64,000 nt of DNA from Felis catus (Eukaryota). The stretch covers positions 114,578,001 to 114,642,000 of the forward strand of contig NC_058368.1 of the NCBI RefSeq assembly GCF_018350175.1. Direction: 5' to 3'. Below, piece after piece: positions 45,197-55,032 of this stretch. The stretch's first letter is position 1. Each line of letters opens with the position of its first letter. The notes under the pieces are model-generated. The model did no database searches. It saw only the letters and a program-made list of their open reading frames with translations, and was not told the origin of the DNA. The translations under genes were made by a program, and so were the position numbers.

Positions 45197-46439
45197 GCAT
45201 GGAGAAATTGTTAACTCCCCTGTGAAGCAGGTCTTTCACTCACAACACATACAGGGAACGGCAGGGTTCTCTGCTGGAGCAGAGGCCCTTCACTGGGAGC
45301 CAGTGTGGTCAGTATTACAAACTCTCCAGCCACTCTTTTCTACGCTGCCTCAACACTGAAGGTTGACCCAGGAAAGTCACACTGTTCACACACACAGTTT
45401 CAGACTCCAAGCCAAGGGTGCCACATACCCATCCTGTGGTCTTTGGGACTCTGAATTGCCTGAACATTGCTGGGCTTTCCTGCACATTCTCGTGACTTGA
45501 GATTCATGGAAACCGGGAATGTGGGCACACCTTTCTTTTCTTTGTTCTCTCGTGCCTAGTTAAGTGGGAATGTGTTTGGAGGTAGGGGGAATCACATAAC
45601 TGGTACAAGTAGGGGCTAATTGCTTAAACACACCTGGTGGAAGCCTGACAGTGTCTCTGCACGTGACCTCTGACACAGACCATCCCAGGAGATGGGGTGA
45701 AGCCATTCCCCACAATCTCTCTTGTGAACACTGGAGTCTTGCAGGACCCAGGGAGAACCCACTGCTTTTCCCAGGAGGCTCCAGGATTAGGAAACGTGTG
45801 TATTTAGTGAAAAATAGGTTTGTAGTGAAATAGTTACTATTTCATGAAAGTAGATATTTTTAGAATTTTTGAAATACCACAGTTGTTTTCCTGGATTATG
45901 AGGAAAGGCACATTACATTTAGTCTTCCTTTCGATAAAAATCTTTGAAGAATTATGATTTTTAGAAATCAACTGCCCATTATAGCACAAAATCAGCCAAA
46001 GCAGAATTGAAAAGAATTGGCTTTTTAGGATTCTTTTAGTTTCTTCCCTTCCCATCTCAGTCCTGTCTTGAGGGAACAGCCATCTGAGAAAGAACTTTGT
46101 CATGTCTGAGCTGTGGTGTGTTTTACAGATACACACACTGGTGTCGCAGGAACCATTTTCACATATTACCAGCGTTCCCTTGGGACTCCTCTTACATTTC
46201 CGAATGCAAAGGAAAGTTTGATTTCCTACATGAGTCTGTTTGGTTTTTTGGGTTTTTTGTCCAAAAATGTTTTCAGCAAAACTTTCCAACTCTGTGGAGT
46301 TTTATTAAGAATTTATTTGAAAACGATGGAATTCATTAGCCCATAGATACATTGGAAAATGTATCTATCTTCTTTCCAGCTGTACTGTAGTGCCCTGCAG
46401 GCTTGTTTATATGTTCACAATTACCTTTTTTTTTTTTTT

Positions 46440-46445
46440 AATAAA
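46440..46445 (+). terminator. Polyadenylation signal AATAAA (KDM3B proximal)
   Basis: AATAAA after a T-run, followed by U/GU-rich sequence. Confidence 0.75.
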
Positions 46446-46527
46446 AGTCATTTACTGTAGAATACTTTTAATTTCACTTTCTGTATTTTAATTTTGTTGA
46501 AGGGCTGATTGGGATTTCCATGTTCTT

Positions 46528-46533
46528 ATTAAA
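46528..46533 (+). terminator. Polyadenylation signal ATTAAA (KDM3B distal)
   Basis: ATTAAA followed by tctgtttgg and later U-rich and G-rich tracts. Confidence 0.65.
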
Positions 46534-47859
46534 AATCTAACAAATCTGTTTGGAGTGGACTAAATTCTTCTGTGCTGGCCATTCTAAAAAGCAAAGGCAG
46601 GTTGAGGGTGGGGTTGGAGGTGGCGAATGGTTCATTTTCTTTTCTTTTTTTTTTTTTTTTTTTTCATTTTCTGACCTTCATTACATTGCTGCATCCGATT
46701 ACCCTTTACTTCCTGAATTTATGCCCATTTGAGAGCGGAAAGTGCCAGGTCATTGTGGTTTGTGGGTTTGGGGGGGGGGGGGTGAAGGGAAAAGAGTGGC
46801 AGAAAAGATGGGTTTTCCATTGTTGATGCTATGTGAATGGAGTGGGAAGGATGAGGTCTTTAACCTTCCTAGAGCAGCTGGGGGTAAGCGCAGTGGGGGA
46901 CAGCCTGAGCAAGGTTTTGGGTGATCAGTGATGAGGTTCCTCAAAGCAGGAGGCCCACCTGCCCACATATGAAACATGTGGCCCTAGGTCTACATCAGAG
47001 TTGGTGGGAAAAGACCCAAATGGATTTTTTGTTTATAAATCAGCAATTAAAGTAGCTTGAGGAGTAAGGACAGACTACATTCCAATTAGAAAAGGCCTTT
47101 TGAAGAGGAAGTTGTAAAGAATAGCAAGAGGGGTCATCGGAGGCTGCGTCTCCAGACTCTGTTGGAAAACATCTTCCAAAGTGTTTGAGCCTGGAAATAC
47201 AATTATCAGGGTGGAAATAGACCATTGTGTGGTTCAAGGATACTGAGTTTGAATAGGACCATAACTGAAATACAGAGCTCTGAACGTGTCCTTTCAGGCT
47301 GGATGGGCACGGGTCGAGGCTGTGGTCACCAGAAGACTCACACCTCCACTTAAAGAATGCAGAAGCTTTGAAATGGGACAGGAAAGGAAAGCAATGGGGA
47401 GAAAGGGGGTTGCAGAGGTTGGAGCTTTGTTGCTTTGGTGAAAATCAGGAGGCGGGCTAGCCTACATTCTGGATATAAATGTCTTCAGAATTAGGGCATA
47501 CACTGCTGCCAGCATTTGCTGGTGGGGGTGGAACTGGAGGCCCTAGATCCATCTCCAACCCAGACGCCATGCCTCCCTACCCTTTGTTTAAAGAGGGTCT
47601 ACCCCTGGGTATTCACCTTGAGAGCCTGGGCTCTGTTTCCCTGCAAAGCTTAGCAAGCGACAACGTAAAAAAGATCAGAGTGGGGGACGGGTCCTCCAAC
47701 AGGATTGATTGGTAATGGCCAAGAAGGGGTGAGGTGGACAGGTGTAGCTATAGCTATACCTTTGACTTGAGAAGTTCTTGGGTGGGTATCTTCAGGGCCT
47801 GTAATGGAGGAAGACAGTTTGCTAGTCAGCAGTTAGGAGAAGTGGCCTGATTAGAGTAG

Positions 47860-48065
47860 ACTTCATGGGTTCATACCTTAGCATGACTTAGTGGTTTTGT
47901 GACCTTGGCAAATTATTGAACTTCCCTAAGCTTCCCATTTCCTTATCTTCAAAATGAGGATAATTATGACCTCTGCCTTATGAAATGAGGATTCAGTGAA
48001 ATAATGCATGTGAAGCTCTTAGCTCAGAGGCTGGCACAGTAAGCACTCAATAAGTCCTAGCTAGT
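47860..48065 (+). mobile_element. MIR directly upstream of REEP2 promoter
   Basis: tgtgaccttggcaaattattgaacttccctaagc...aaaatgaggataat...tggcacagtaagcactcaataa. Confidence 0.75.
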
Positions 48066-48265
48066 ATTCCTGGGGGAATGTTTAAACCTTTCAGACCGAT
48101 GTGGGCAAGGCAGAAAGAGGGCTAGGACGTCAGGATGGAACCTGAAGGCCTGTAAGGACCTCAAGCCACGGCTTGGAATCCAAGGAAGATGAACAAGCGA
48201 TTAGACGAAGGCAGGGCGGTGAGGGTCAAAGGCGCATGCCCGGTGATAGCAGGTGCAGGGGGGCG

Positions 48266-48266
<1 letters not shown>

Positions 48267-48293
<27 letters not shown>
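48267..48293 (+). repeat. (GCC)9 trinucleotide repeat
   Basis: nine perfect GCC units read directly. Confidence 0.95.
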
Positions 48294-48297
<4 letters not shown>

Positions 48298-48513
48298 GGC
48301 CTCCCCTTTAAGAGCCGCCGCCGCCCACGGCCCGCCGCTGCGGCAGGGACCTCCCCTTTAACCGCGGCTGCTCGGCACTTCGCGGCCCCCGCGGCGGCTG
48401 CTGCTGCGGCTGCTGCTGCTATTGCGGCTCCTGCTGCCGCCGCCGCTCGACCTCCGGCACCTGCATCCTCCGCTCGGGCCGGGTCCCCGCCCCGCGCCCC
48501 GCCCGGCCCCGCC

Positions 48514-48545
48514 ATGGTGTCCTGGATCATCTCTCGCCTGGTGGT
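48514..48545 (+). CDS. REEP2: REEP2 exon 1 coding part
   Basis: gccATGG...GTGGT|gtgagt; MVSWIISRLV(V), the REEP1-4 family N-terminus. Confidence 0.96.
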
Positions 48546-50398
48546 GTGAGTGCGGCGGTGGCGGGGCGCGGCCGGCAGGGAGGGGGATGGGGAATGGGAA
48601 TTGGGGGCTGAGGGGTGTTGAAGCCCAGCATGGACCGTTCCGTGGCTTCATACAACAGAGTCCCCTAAAGGCACATCGTTCCTAGGGGTTCCCAGAGACA
48701 AGACATGGAAGAGTAGGACCCAGGACCGGAGGGGGGAACATTAGAGGAGCATAGTAAGCCTGGCTTCCCACCCCTTTTATTTTTAATTTTCGGTGTTCCT
48801 TCATCCTAGGGCTGGGCAGCATGGCTTGATTTATGAAGGGGAGGCAGCATGTCCCCTCCCCCACCTAGCAGATCTGGGCTGAAGGAGCAACTCAGACCTG
48901 GGCCGTCATCTTCATGCGGGGAGAGGGCTAATGGAAGAGCGGGGAGCCAGACAGGGCCTCATCATTCCATTGCTTAGGGCCGTAGTTAGCAGCCTTGGCC
49001 TCCTCTCTCTTCCAGTATCAGGACACTAGAGATGAGGGCATAAGCTCTGAAGGCCCCCCAGGGAGGACATCTGGGTGTTGGGAAGCAGAGATGCTTGGAG
49101 GACAAAGTGTGGGAGGTAACCGGGAGGGGATATGTGTGCTCAGCCTGGATTTGTGAAAGCCACAGAGGGGAGGGCCTTAGGTGGCCTTCATTCCAGGCTG
49201 CCAACTACACTGTGGAGCTCTGTCCCTGCTCCTCCCCCAGGCTCCAGGAGGGAAGCCTGCTCCCACACCCCACACTTCGTCCTTGAGGACTCCACCCCCG
49301 ACCCCTTCTCCACAGGTCGGTTTGAAAGTATCTTGCCTGTAAGAGGCAGGTCCCTGGGAGAACAGGCAATACCCACACATGGTCAGGGGGCTGGGCCCAG
49401 CAGGGGCTTTGCTTGGGCCTCAGCCAACCCCTACCCTGGCTCAGGACCCTGCCCCAGGACCCTGCCCCTCAGCCTCTACTGCGGGGGACTGACACCCCAA
49501 AATTCCCTCCCCCTGCCTTCTTCCCATTCAGTGCTGTTATGTGCTTGTATTCTGGCTCCCTGTCACTGGAGTCTCCCTCCTTCCTCTCCCCCACCCCACC
49601 CCAGAGGTTATCCACAGGCGTCATACCTCCCTGTGCCCTTCAGAGTGGCTGCTTCTCTCTTGCCTGGATGAGCTCCCTGGGGAGCATCAGTCTTCTCCTT
49701 CCCTCACCTGTGTCCTGTATATGGTCTCTCTAATGGGATCACTACCAGGTTGTACTCCAGCTAAGGCCTCGAGCCCAGGACCCTCCCCCGAGCTTGGTCC
49801 CAAGCGTACTTATGGGGGAATAAACCTTTTGCCCCTCTTATGGCCTCCTGCCCCTGTGCCCTCTGTGCCCCAGGTCCCCAGAGCCACAGAGGTGCCTCTG
49901 ATTGCCACATAGAGTGCCCTGTTACGTGGTGTCTGGTTCCCCTACAGACCTGGCCCTAACCAGCCTGGCTCAGAACTAGAGGTAGAAGGTAAGGGCAGAC
50001 AGGTATGAATGAGCACAGTATCTGGAGAAGGGAGCCACCCTGTTGCAGTGACCAGACCCCCACTCCCCATAATACGGATAACCAGTGATCATGGGTGAAG
50101 ATACCACATTGGACCCTCTGGCCTCTGGGTCTTTCTTTACCTAAGGGGCTGGAGAAAAACTGAAAAACAGAGAGAGGAGAGACATCACCTTCACTGGCTG
50201 GGGACCTCCAAGCTTGTCACCTGAGGCTTAATGGCTTTGACTGTAACCACTGGCCTGAGTTCATCAGTCCAGTTGATGTGGCACTCTGGAGTTCTGTCCT
50301 TCTCCCCTTACCTACCCAGGGACTGACTGATGCAGAGCTGGGAGGGAGAGGCCACTGCTCTTGGCCGAGGGGACCAGTAACCATGCCTGCCTCCCTAG

Positions 50399-50471
50399 GC
50401 TCATCTTTGGCACCTTGTACCCAGCCTATTCTTCCTACAAGGCCGTGAAGACAAAAAACGTGAAGGAATAT
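50399..50471 (+). CDS. REEP2: REEP2 exon 2
   Basis: ccctag|GCTCAT...GAATAT|gtgagt; 73 nt; [24 protein letters not shown]. Confidence 0.96.
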
Positions 50472-50754
50472 GTGAGTTTATGACCCTTTAATCTCCTACC
50501 CACCCCAAGTGGCAAAGATAGGCCAGTGGATCACAATACAGACAGTACTGACTTTGTGCCAGTGCTTCAGCACTAATGAGACCTTACTTCAAGGAAGTTC
50601 CTTTGTGTTCCCTTTCTCCTGTGGTGTGATCCACAGGCAAAGTTGAGGTCCCGAGTGTCCCTTCCCCACAACACCTCCAGCATAGTTGGCAAGAGAGATG
50701 GGGTCCTGGGTGTTCCCTCAAGGCCCCAGCTAATACCGCTCTCTGTACCTTCAG

Positions 50755-50831
50755 GTGAAATGGATGATGTACTGGATCGTCTTTGCCTTCTTCACCACGG
50801 CTGAGACACTCACGGATATTGTGCTTTCCTG
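50755..50831 (+). CDS. REEP2: REEP2 exon 3
   Basis: cttcag|GTGAAA...TCCTG|gtgagg; 77 nt; [25 protein letters not shown](W), TB2/DP1/HVA22 domain. Confidence 0.96.
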
Positions 50832-51497
50832 GTGAGGTCCAGCATCCCCACCCTGCATCTCAGGGTCCAGAGTTTAGACTCTCTACCCCCAGCAGCCCAA
50901 CAGAAGATTGAGACCCAGGGTAGAGTCCTCCCACAGTTCCATGGGGTCCTGGATGTCCACTCTCCCCCCGTGCAGACCTGGCTTAATCAGTAGAATAAGA
51001 GATCCAACCCCCACATTTCTACCTGATGATAGCCAAAGCACCACAATAGAATTCAGGAAACCTGCTTCTGCCAGACGTCCTGTATGACTTTGGGCAGGTT
51101 ACAGCTTCCTAGGTCTCAGTTTCCTTATTTGTAAACTAGGCATATGATTCAATCTTATAGACATTCAGTGCTAGTATTTCAAAGCACTACTAGACTATGT
51201 TGTGAACACTTGAAGGACAGAGAATGTCTTAATCACCTATATGTATGTTCACAGCAGGAGCGCAAAAAATGTGTACTGAGTGAGCAGATGCCTCTTGGAA
51301 GAGAGGACTAACAGAGCACAGAACACTAAATCAAGAGAGAAGAGAGTTTTATGGAGAGGTAGAGAACAAAAGATGATTGCATTGGCTTGCAAGGGCCAAT
51401 GACCTTTGAGAAAAATAGTTTTAGCAGAAGTTGAGTAGGGTTAGATTAGGAAAGAATAGTGGGTTAAAAATTGTGAGGACAGTGAGCATAGATGCTT

Positions 51498-51700
51498 CTT
51501 TTTTTTTTTTGTTTATTTATATTTATTTTTGAGAGAGAGAGAACCAGCAGGGGAGGGGGAGAGAGAGATGGGTCAGAGGATCTGAAGCAGGTGCTGTGCT
51601 GAGAACAGAGAGCCCGATGTGGGGCTCAAACTCACAAACTGCAAGGTCATGACCTGAACCAAAGTCGGACACTTAACTGACTGAGCCACCCAGGAGCCCC
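51498..51700 (-). mobile_element. Can-SINE in REEP2 intron 3
   Basis: TSD AGCATAGATGCTTCTT on both sides. Confidence 0.9.
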
Positions 51701-52117
51701 TAGCATAGATGCTTCTTGCCACAAACAAAGGAAAGTGCTTTGTGAGAATGTAGGAGACATGAAGGAGTCTGGCCTGAGGAGAAGGAGCCAGGGAATGGAC
51801 AACAATCCTTAAAAGTAAGAGGCAGCAAAGAATGGGATCCAGAGCACAGCTGGAGAAGCTTCAGTCTTCCTTGTGGGAGGAAGGGCAGGAAGAGAAGGGG
51901 GTGAGGACCCAGGAGTGGACCTGGGAGGTTAGGAAGCTCGCCTTTGTGTTGGCCCTGGGATAGACAAGCAGGAGTGTTCTATCAGAGTGAGAGGCCTGGG
52001 ACTCCCAAGAGAAAAATGTGCAGAGAGCCACTGCAAGGGGAATTCTGCTGCAGGCACTTACCATCCCCCTTGGAATCTCAGCTATGCCTCCCATTTTCCT
52101 TGAGATTAGAAATGCCA

Positions 52118-52244
52118 AGGGGCACCTGGGTGGCTCAGTCAGTTAAGCATCTGACTGTTGATTTGGGCTCAGGTCATGATCTTGTGGTTCTTAAGTTCTA
52201 GCCTCTCATCAGACTCTGTACTGACAGCCTGGAGCCTGCTTGGG

Positions 52245-52300
<56 letters not shown>

Positions 52301-52385
52301 TCTGCCCCTCCTCTGCTCACACACTCTCTCTCTCTCTCGGTTTCTCTCAAAATAAATAAATAAACTTAAACAATTTAAAAAAAGA
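52118..52385 (+). mobile_element. Can-SINE in REEP2 intron 3
   Basis: head, long (CT)n, A-tail; GAAATGCC flanks. Confidence 0.9.
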
Positions 52386-52525
52386 AGGAAATGCCCAGTC
52401 TCCTGAGCCACGTGGGAACCCCAGTGCACTAAGGGGTGGGGAACCAGGCAAGGTCTTGCAGGGGATCAGCTCACCTCCTGACTCCCTATCCCAGGCTCTG
52501 CCACTTGCCTCTGTCCCACCCACAG

Positions 52526-52646
52526 GTTCCCCTTCTACTTTGAGCTCAAGATCGCCTTTGTGATATGGCTGCTGTCCCCTTATACCAAGGGCTCCAGCGT
52601 GCTCTACCGCAAGTTCGTGCACCCGACACTGTCCAACAAGGAGAAG
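52526..52646 (+). CDS. REEP2: REEP2 exon 4
   Basis: ccacag|GTTCCC...GAGAAG|gtttgc; 121 nt; [40 protein letters not shown]. Confidence 0.96.
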
Positions 52647-52882
52647 GTTTGCCTCCACTCTCAGCTGACTTCCTAGCCTGCCCCAGGCCATGGCAGCCCA
52701 GTGTCTGCAGCCACGTCCATTCCTGGCTCTCCTTGTGGGCACCCAGAACCTGAAGTGATCTGGCAGGGCCCTGGCCTCCTGGAGCAGGCAGTGCCTTTGT
52801 CTGGGTGTGAACAGGGGCAGGGAACGGCCTAGCCAGCAGGGACCACCCCTCACCTCCTACTCCTTCCCCTCCCACCTCTCAG

Positions 52883-52996
52883 GAAATCGACGAGTACATC
52901 ACACAGGCCCGAGACAAGAGCTATGAGACCATGATGAGAGTGGGCAAGAGAGGCCTGAACCTGGCTGCCAATGCTGCAGTCACCGCTGCTGCCAAG
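52883..52996 (+). CDS. REEP2: REEP2 exon 5
   Basis: tctcag|GAAATC...GCCAAG|gtgaga; 114 nt; [38 protein letters not shown]. Confidence 0.96.
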
Positions 52997-53344
52997 GTGA
53001 GATGGGGGCAGACCAGGCTCCCAGGGCCCCACCTTGCTCATTTCATCCCCCTGGCCAAGCCTCTTTGCATCTGACCTGTCCTTGGTGCTGTGATGGTTTG
53101 GGGCTTGTGCAACTCAGGGTTGTAGGCCTGGTTCTAACACCTTCCAGCCAAGTGACTTCAACTCTCTGAGCCAGTTTCCTCAACTGTCCAAAGGGAAATT
53201 ATGGGCCTTTCAGTGCTGCCAAAGGACTGGGTGAGGACAGTGTGAGGAAAACACTGAGCTCAGTGGCTGCCCGTGCTCCATAGTGACCTCTATCTCCACC
53301 CCGCCCCTTCCTCCGGTTCTCCCGGTGCGTGGTGGTGACCCTAG

Positions 53345-53492
53345 GGCCAGGGGGTGCTATCAGAGAAGCTCCGAAGCTTCAGCATGCAGGACCTGACCCT
53401 GATCCGGGACGAGGATGCACTGCCCCTGCAGGGGCCTGACAGCCGTCTCCGACCCAACCCTGGCAGCCTCCTGGATACCATTGAGGACTTAG
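53345..53492 (+). CDS. REEP2: REEP2 exon 6 (alternative acceptor at 53351)
   Basis: ccctag|GGCCAG|GGGGTG...CTTAG|gtacag; 148 nt; GQGVLSEKLRSFSMQDLTLIRDED...LLDTIEDL; includes the conserved RSFSMxDL motif of REEP1-4. Confidence 0.94.
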
Positions 53493-53599
53493 GTACAGGC
53501 AGGGCCCAGGACTGGGCAGAGGGAGGGGGGACCTCAAGGGCATGGAGGCCAGGTAGGAGAGCCACCAGACCTCTGTTCTCCTTTCTTCCCCCAAACCAG

Positions 53600-53730
53600 G
53601 AGATGACCCTGCCCTGAATTTACGATCTAGCACAAACCAGGCAGATCCCCGAACAGAGACTTCTGAAGATGATATGGGAGACAAGGCCCCTAAGAGGGTC
53701 AAACCTGTCAAAAAAGTGCCCAAAGCTGAG
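53600..53730 (+). CDS. REEP2: REEP2 exon 7
   Basis: aaccag|GAGATG...GCTGAG|gtgaga; 131 nt; DDPALNLRSSTNQADPRTETSEDDMGDKAPKRVKPVKKVPKAE. Confidence 0.94.
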
Positions 53731-53816
53731 GTGAGAGCCCAGGCCAGAGCAGGGGGAAATGGGGAGGGGGTGTGATCCCAGGCTGAACTCTCTAACTTCT
53801 TCTCTCCTTCCCGCAG

Positions 53817-53885
53817 CCACTGGCTTCCAAGACACTGAAGACCCGGCCCAAGAAGAAGACCTCTGGTGGGGGTGACTTGGCTTGA
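53817..53885 (+). CDS. REEP2: REEP2 exon 8 coding part to stop
   Basis: ccgcag|CCACTG...GCT TGA; PLASKTLKTRPKKKTSGGGDLA*; the eight exons sum to 765 nt = 254 aa plus stop. Confidence 0.95.
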   Translation, partial: PLASKTLKTRPKKKTSGGGDLA

Positions 53886-54449
53886 GGTTCTGACCCCCCG
53901 GAGGCTGCACACTGTGCCAGTAACCCACACGCCTCCGGCCCCAGGGCCCCTCAGATGGCTGTTTCTGGTGCCTGCCCAGTGACCACTCCTCTGGAAGGGC
54001 TTGGAAAAGAGGAGGGAGGCCCTGCTATGGGGGTGGAGGGTAGAGGCTGGAGGAGTTACTGAAGACTGAGCCCCCCCAAGGAGGCGGGGGCTCCGTAGAG
54101 CCCAAACTGCTATTCTCCCTGCTCCAGTCCTGCTCCCACCCACCCAGTGCCTTGCTGAAGACCATGGCCATCCCCTTTTCTGAGGTCCTAATATGCCCCC
54201 ACTGCTCTCTCCGGGCTGGGGGAGCAGTCACAGCCCAGACTGACCAGAGATGGGCCTGAAGGCACCTGGGAGATGGAGGGAGAGGGGAAGGCTTCAGAGA
54301 ACTTGTGGCACAGGCCATAGATGTGAATGGAGGACAGGGGCTTAGCATGTGCTTAAATGACCAGGATGATGAGGCCAGAGCTGCAGCTGGGGGCATTGGA
54401 TAGGGCTGTGTGCTACATGTCCCCACTAAAAAGAAGTGGGGTCCTAGGG

Positions 54450-54455
<6 letters not shown>

Positions 54456-54495
<40 letters not shown>
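54456..54495 (+). repeat. (GT)20 microsatellite in REEP2 3' UTR
   Basis: read directly. Confidence 0.95.
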
Positions 54496-54497
<2 letters not shown>

Positions 54498-55026
54498 CTT
54501 TCTAGGTCTAGGGCTGGGGAGATTTTGAGTAAAGGACTTTCCTGCCAGCAGTGACCACCCCCCACCCTAAGCCCCACAGCTAGCTGGCCCTTCCCTGCTT
54601 TCAGCCCTCCCTCCTACTCTCAGAGCCTCGGAGGACCTCAGCCCAAGAGAGGATGAGGCTCTGAAGGCCTCTTATCTCCTCCTCTGCCCTTGATACCCTT
54701 TTGCTTCCTCCCATTCCTGCCCTGCCCCTGGGCTGGGCTCCTCTACCCCTCAGGGCCCATTGTAGAGGGCCCTGCTGAGCCAGCTCCTTTCCTCCTCACC
54801 TGGGGGCCCATCTTCCTTTTCTCCAGACTCCTTTTCCTGTGCCAAGCAAACTGAGCCCATGTAAGCAGGCAGACCCTTATTAGCCCAGCCTTTGCCCCAC
54901 ACTCTACCCCAGCTTCTGCCGTGGCTTCAGGAGGAATGTGTGAAGAAGAAAAGAAATATTGGAGCCAAAGTGCTTCCAATTCTATGAAAAGAGGGTGCCC
55001 ATTGGACCTTTGGCACTGGATGAGCC

Positions 55027-55032
55027 AATAAA
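55027..55032 (+). terminator. REEP2 polyadenylation signal AATAAA
   Basis: first AATAAA I found after the stop; CA at about +18 and GU/U-rich downstream sequence (tgtatttc...tgtactttgttcttg). Confidence 0.85.

Larger units (their letters stand above)
45197..46555 (+). other. KDM3B: KDM3B 3' UTR (~1.3 kb, end approximate)
   Basis: repeat-free sequence between the stop codon and the poly(A) signals, U-rich distal part. Confidence 0.8.
48190..48620 (+). promoter_or_regulatory. REEP2: CpG island / REEP2 promoter and 5' UTR
   Basis: abrupt rise in GC and CpG content; GC boxes (CCCCGCCCC near 48485), NRF1-like GCGCATGC at 48232, strong Kozak GCCATGG at 48511-48517. Confidence 0.9.

Noticed and set aside
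49132..49912. ORFs of 106-179 aa in REEP2 intron 1
   Set aside because: No recognisable homology, and REEP2 exon 1 joins exon 2 in frame without them.
53379..54143. 254-aa minus-strand ORF overlapping REEP2 exons 6-8
   Set aside because: GC-rich antisense frame without a recognisable domain; the equal length to REEP2 is coincidence.
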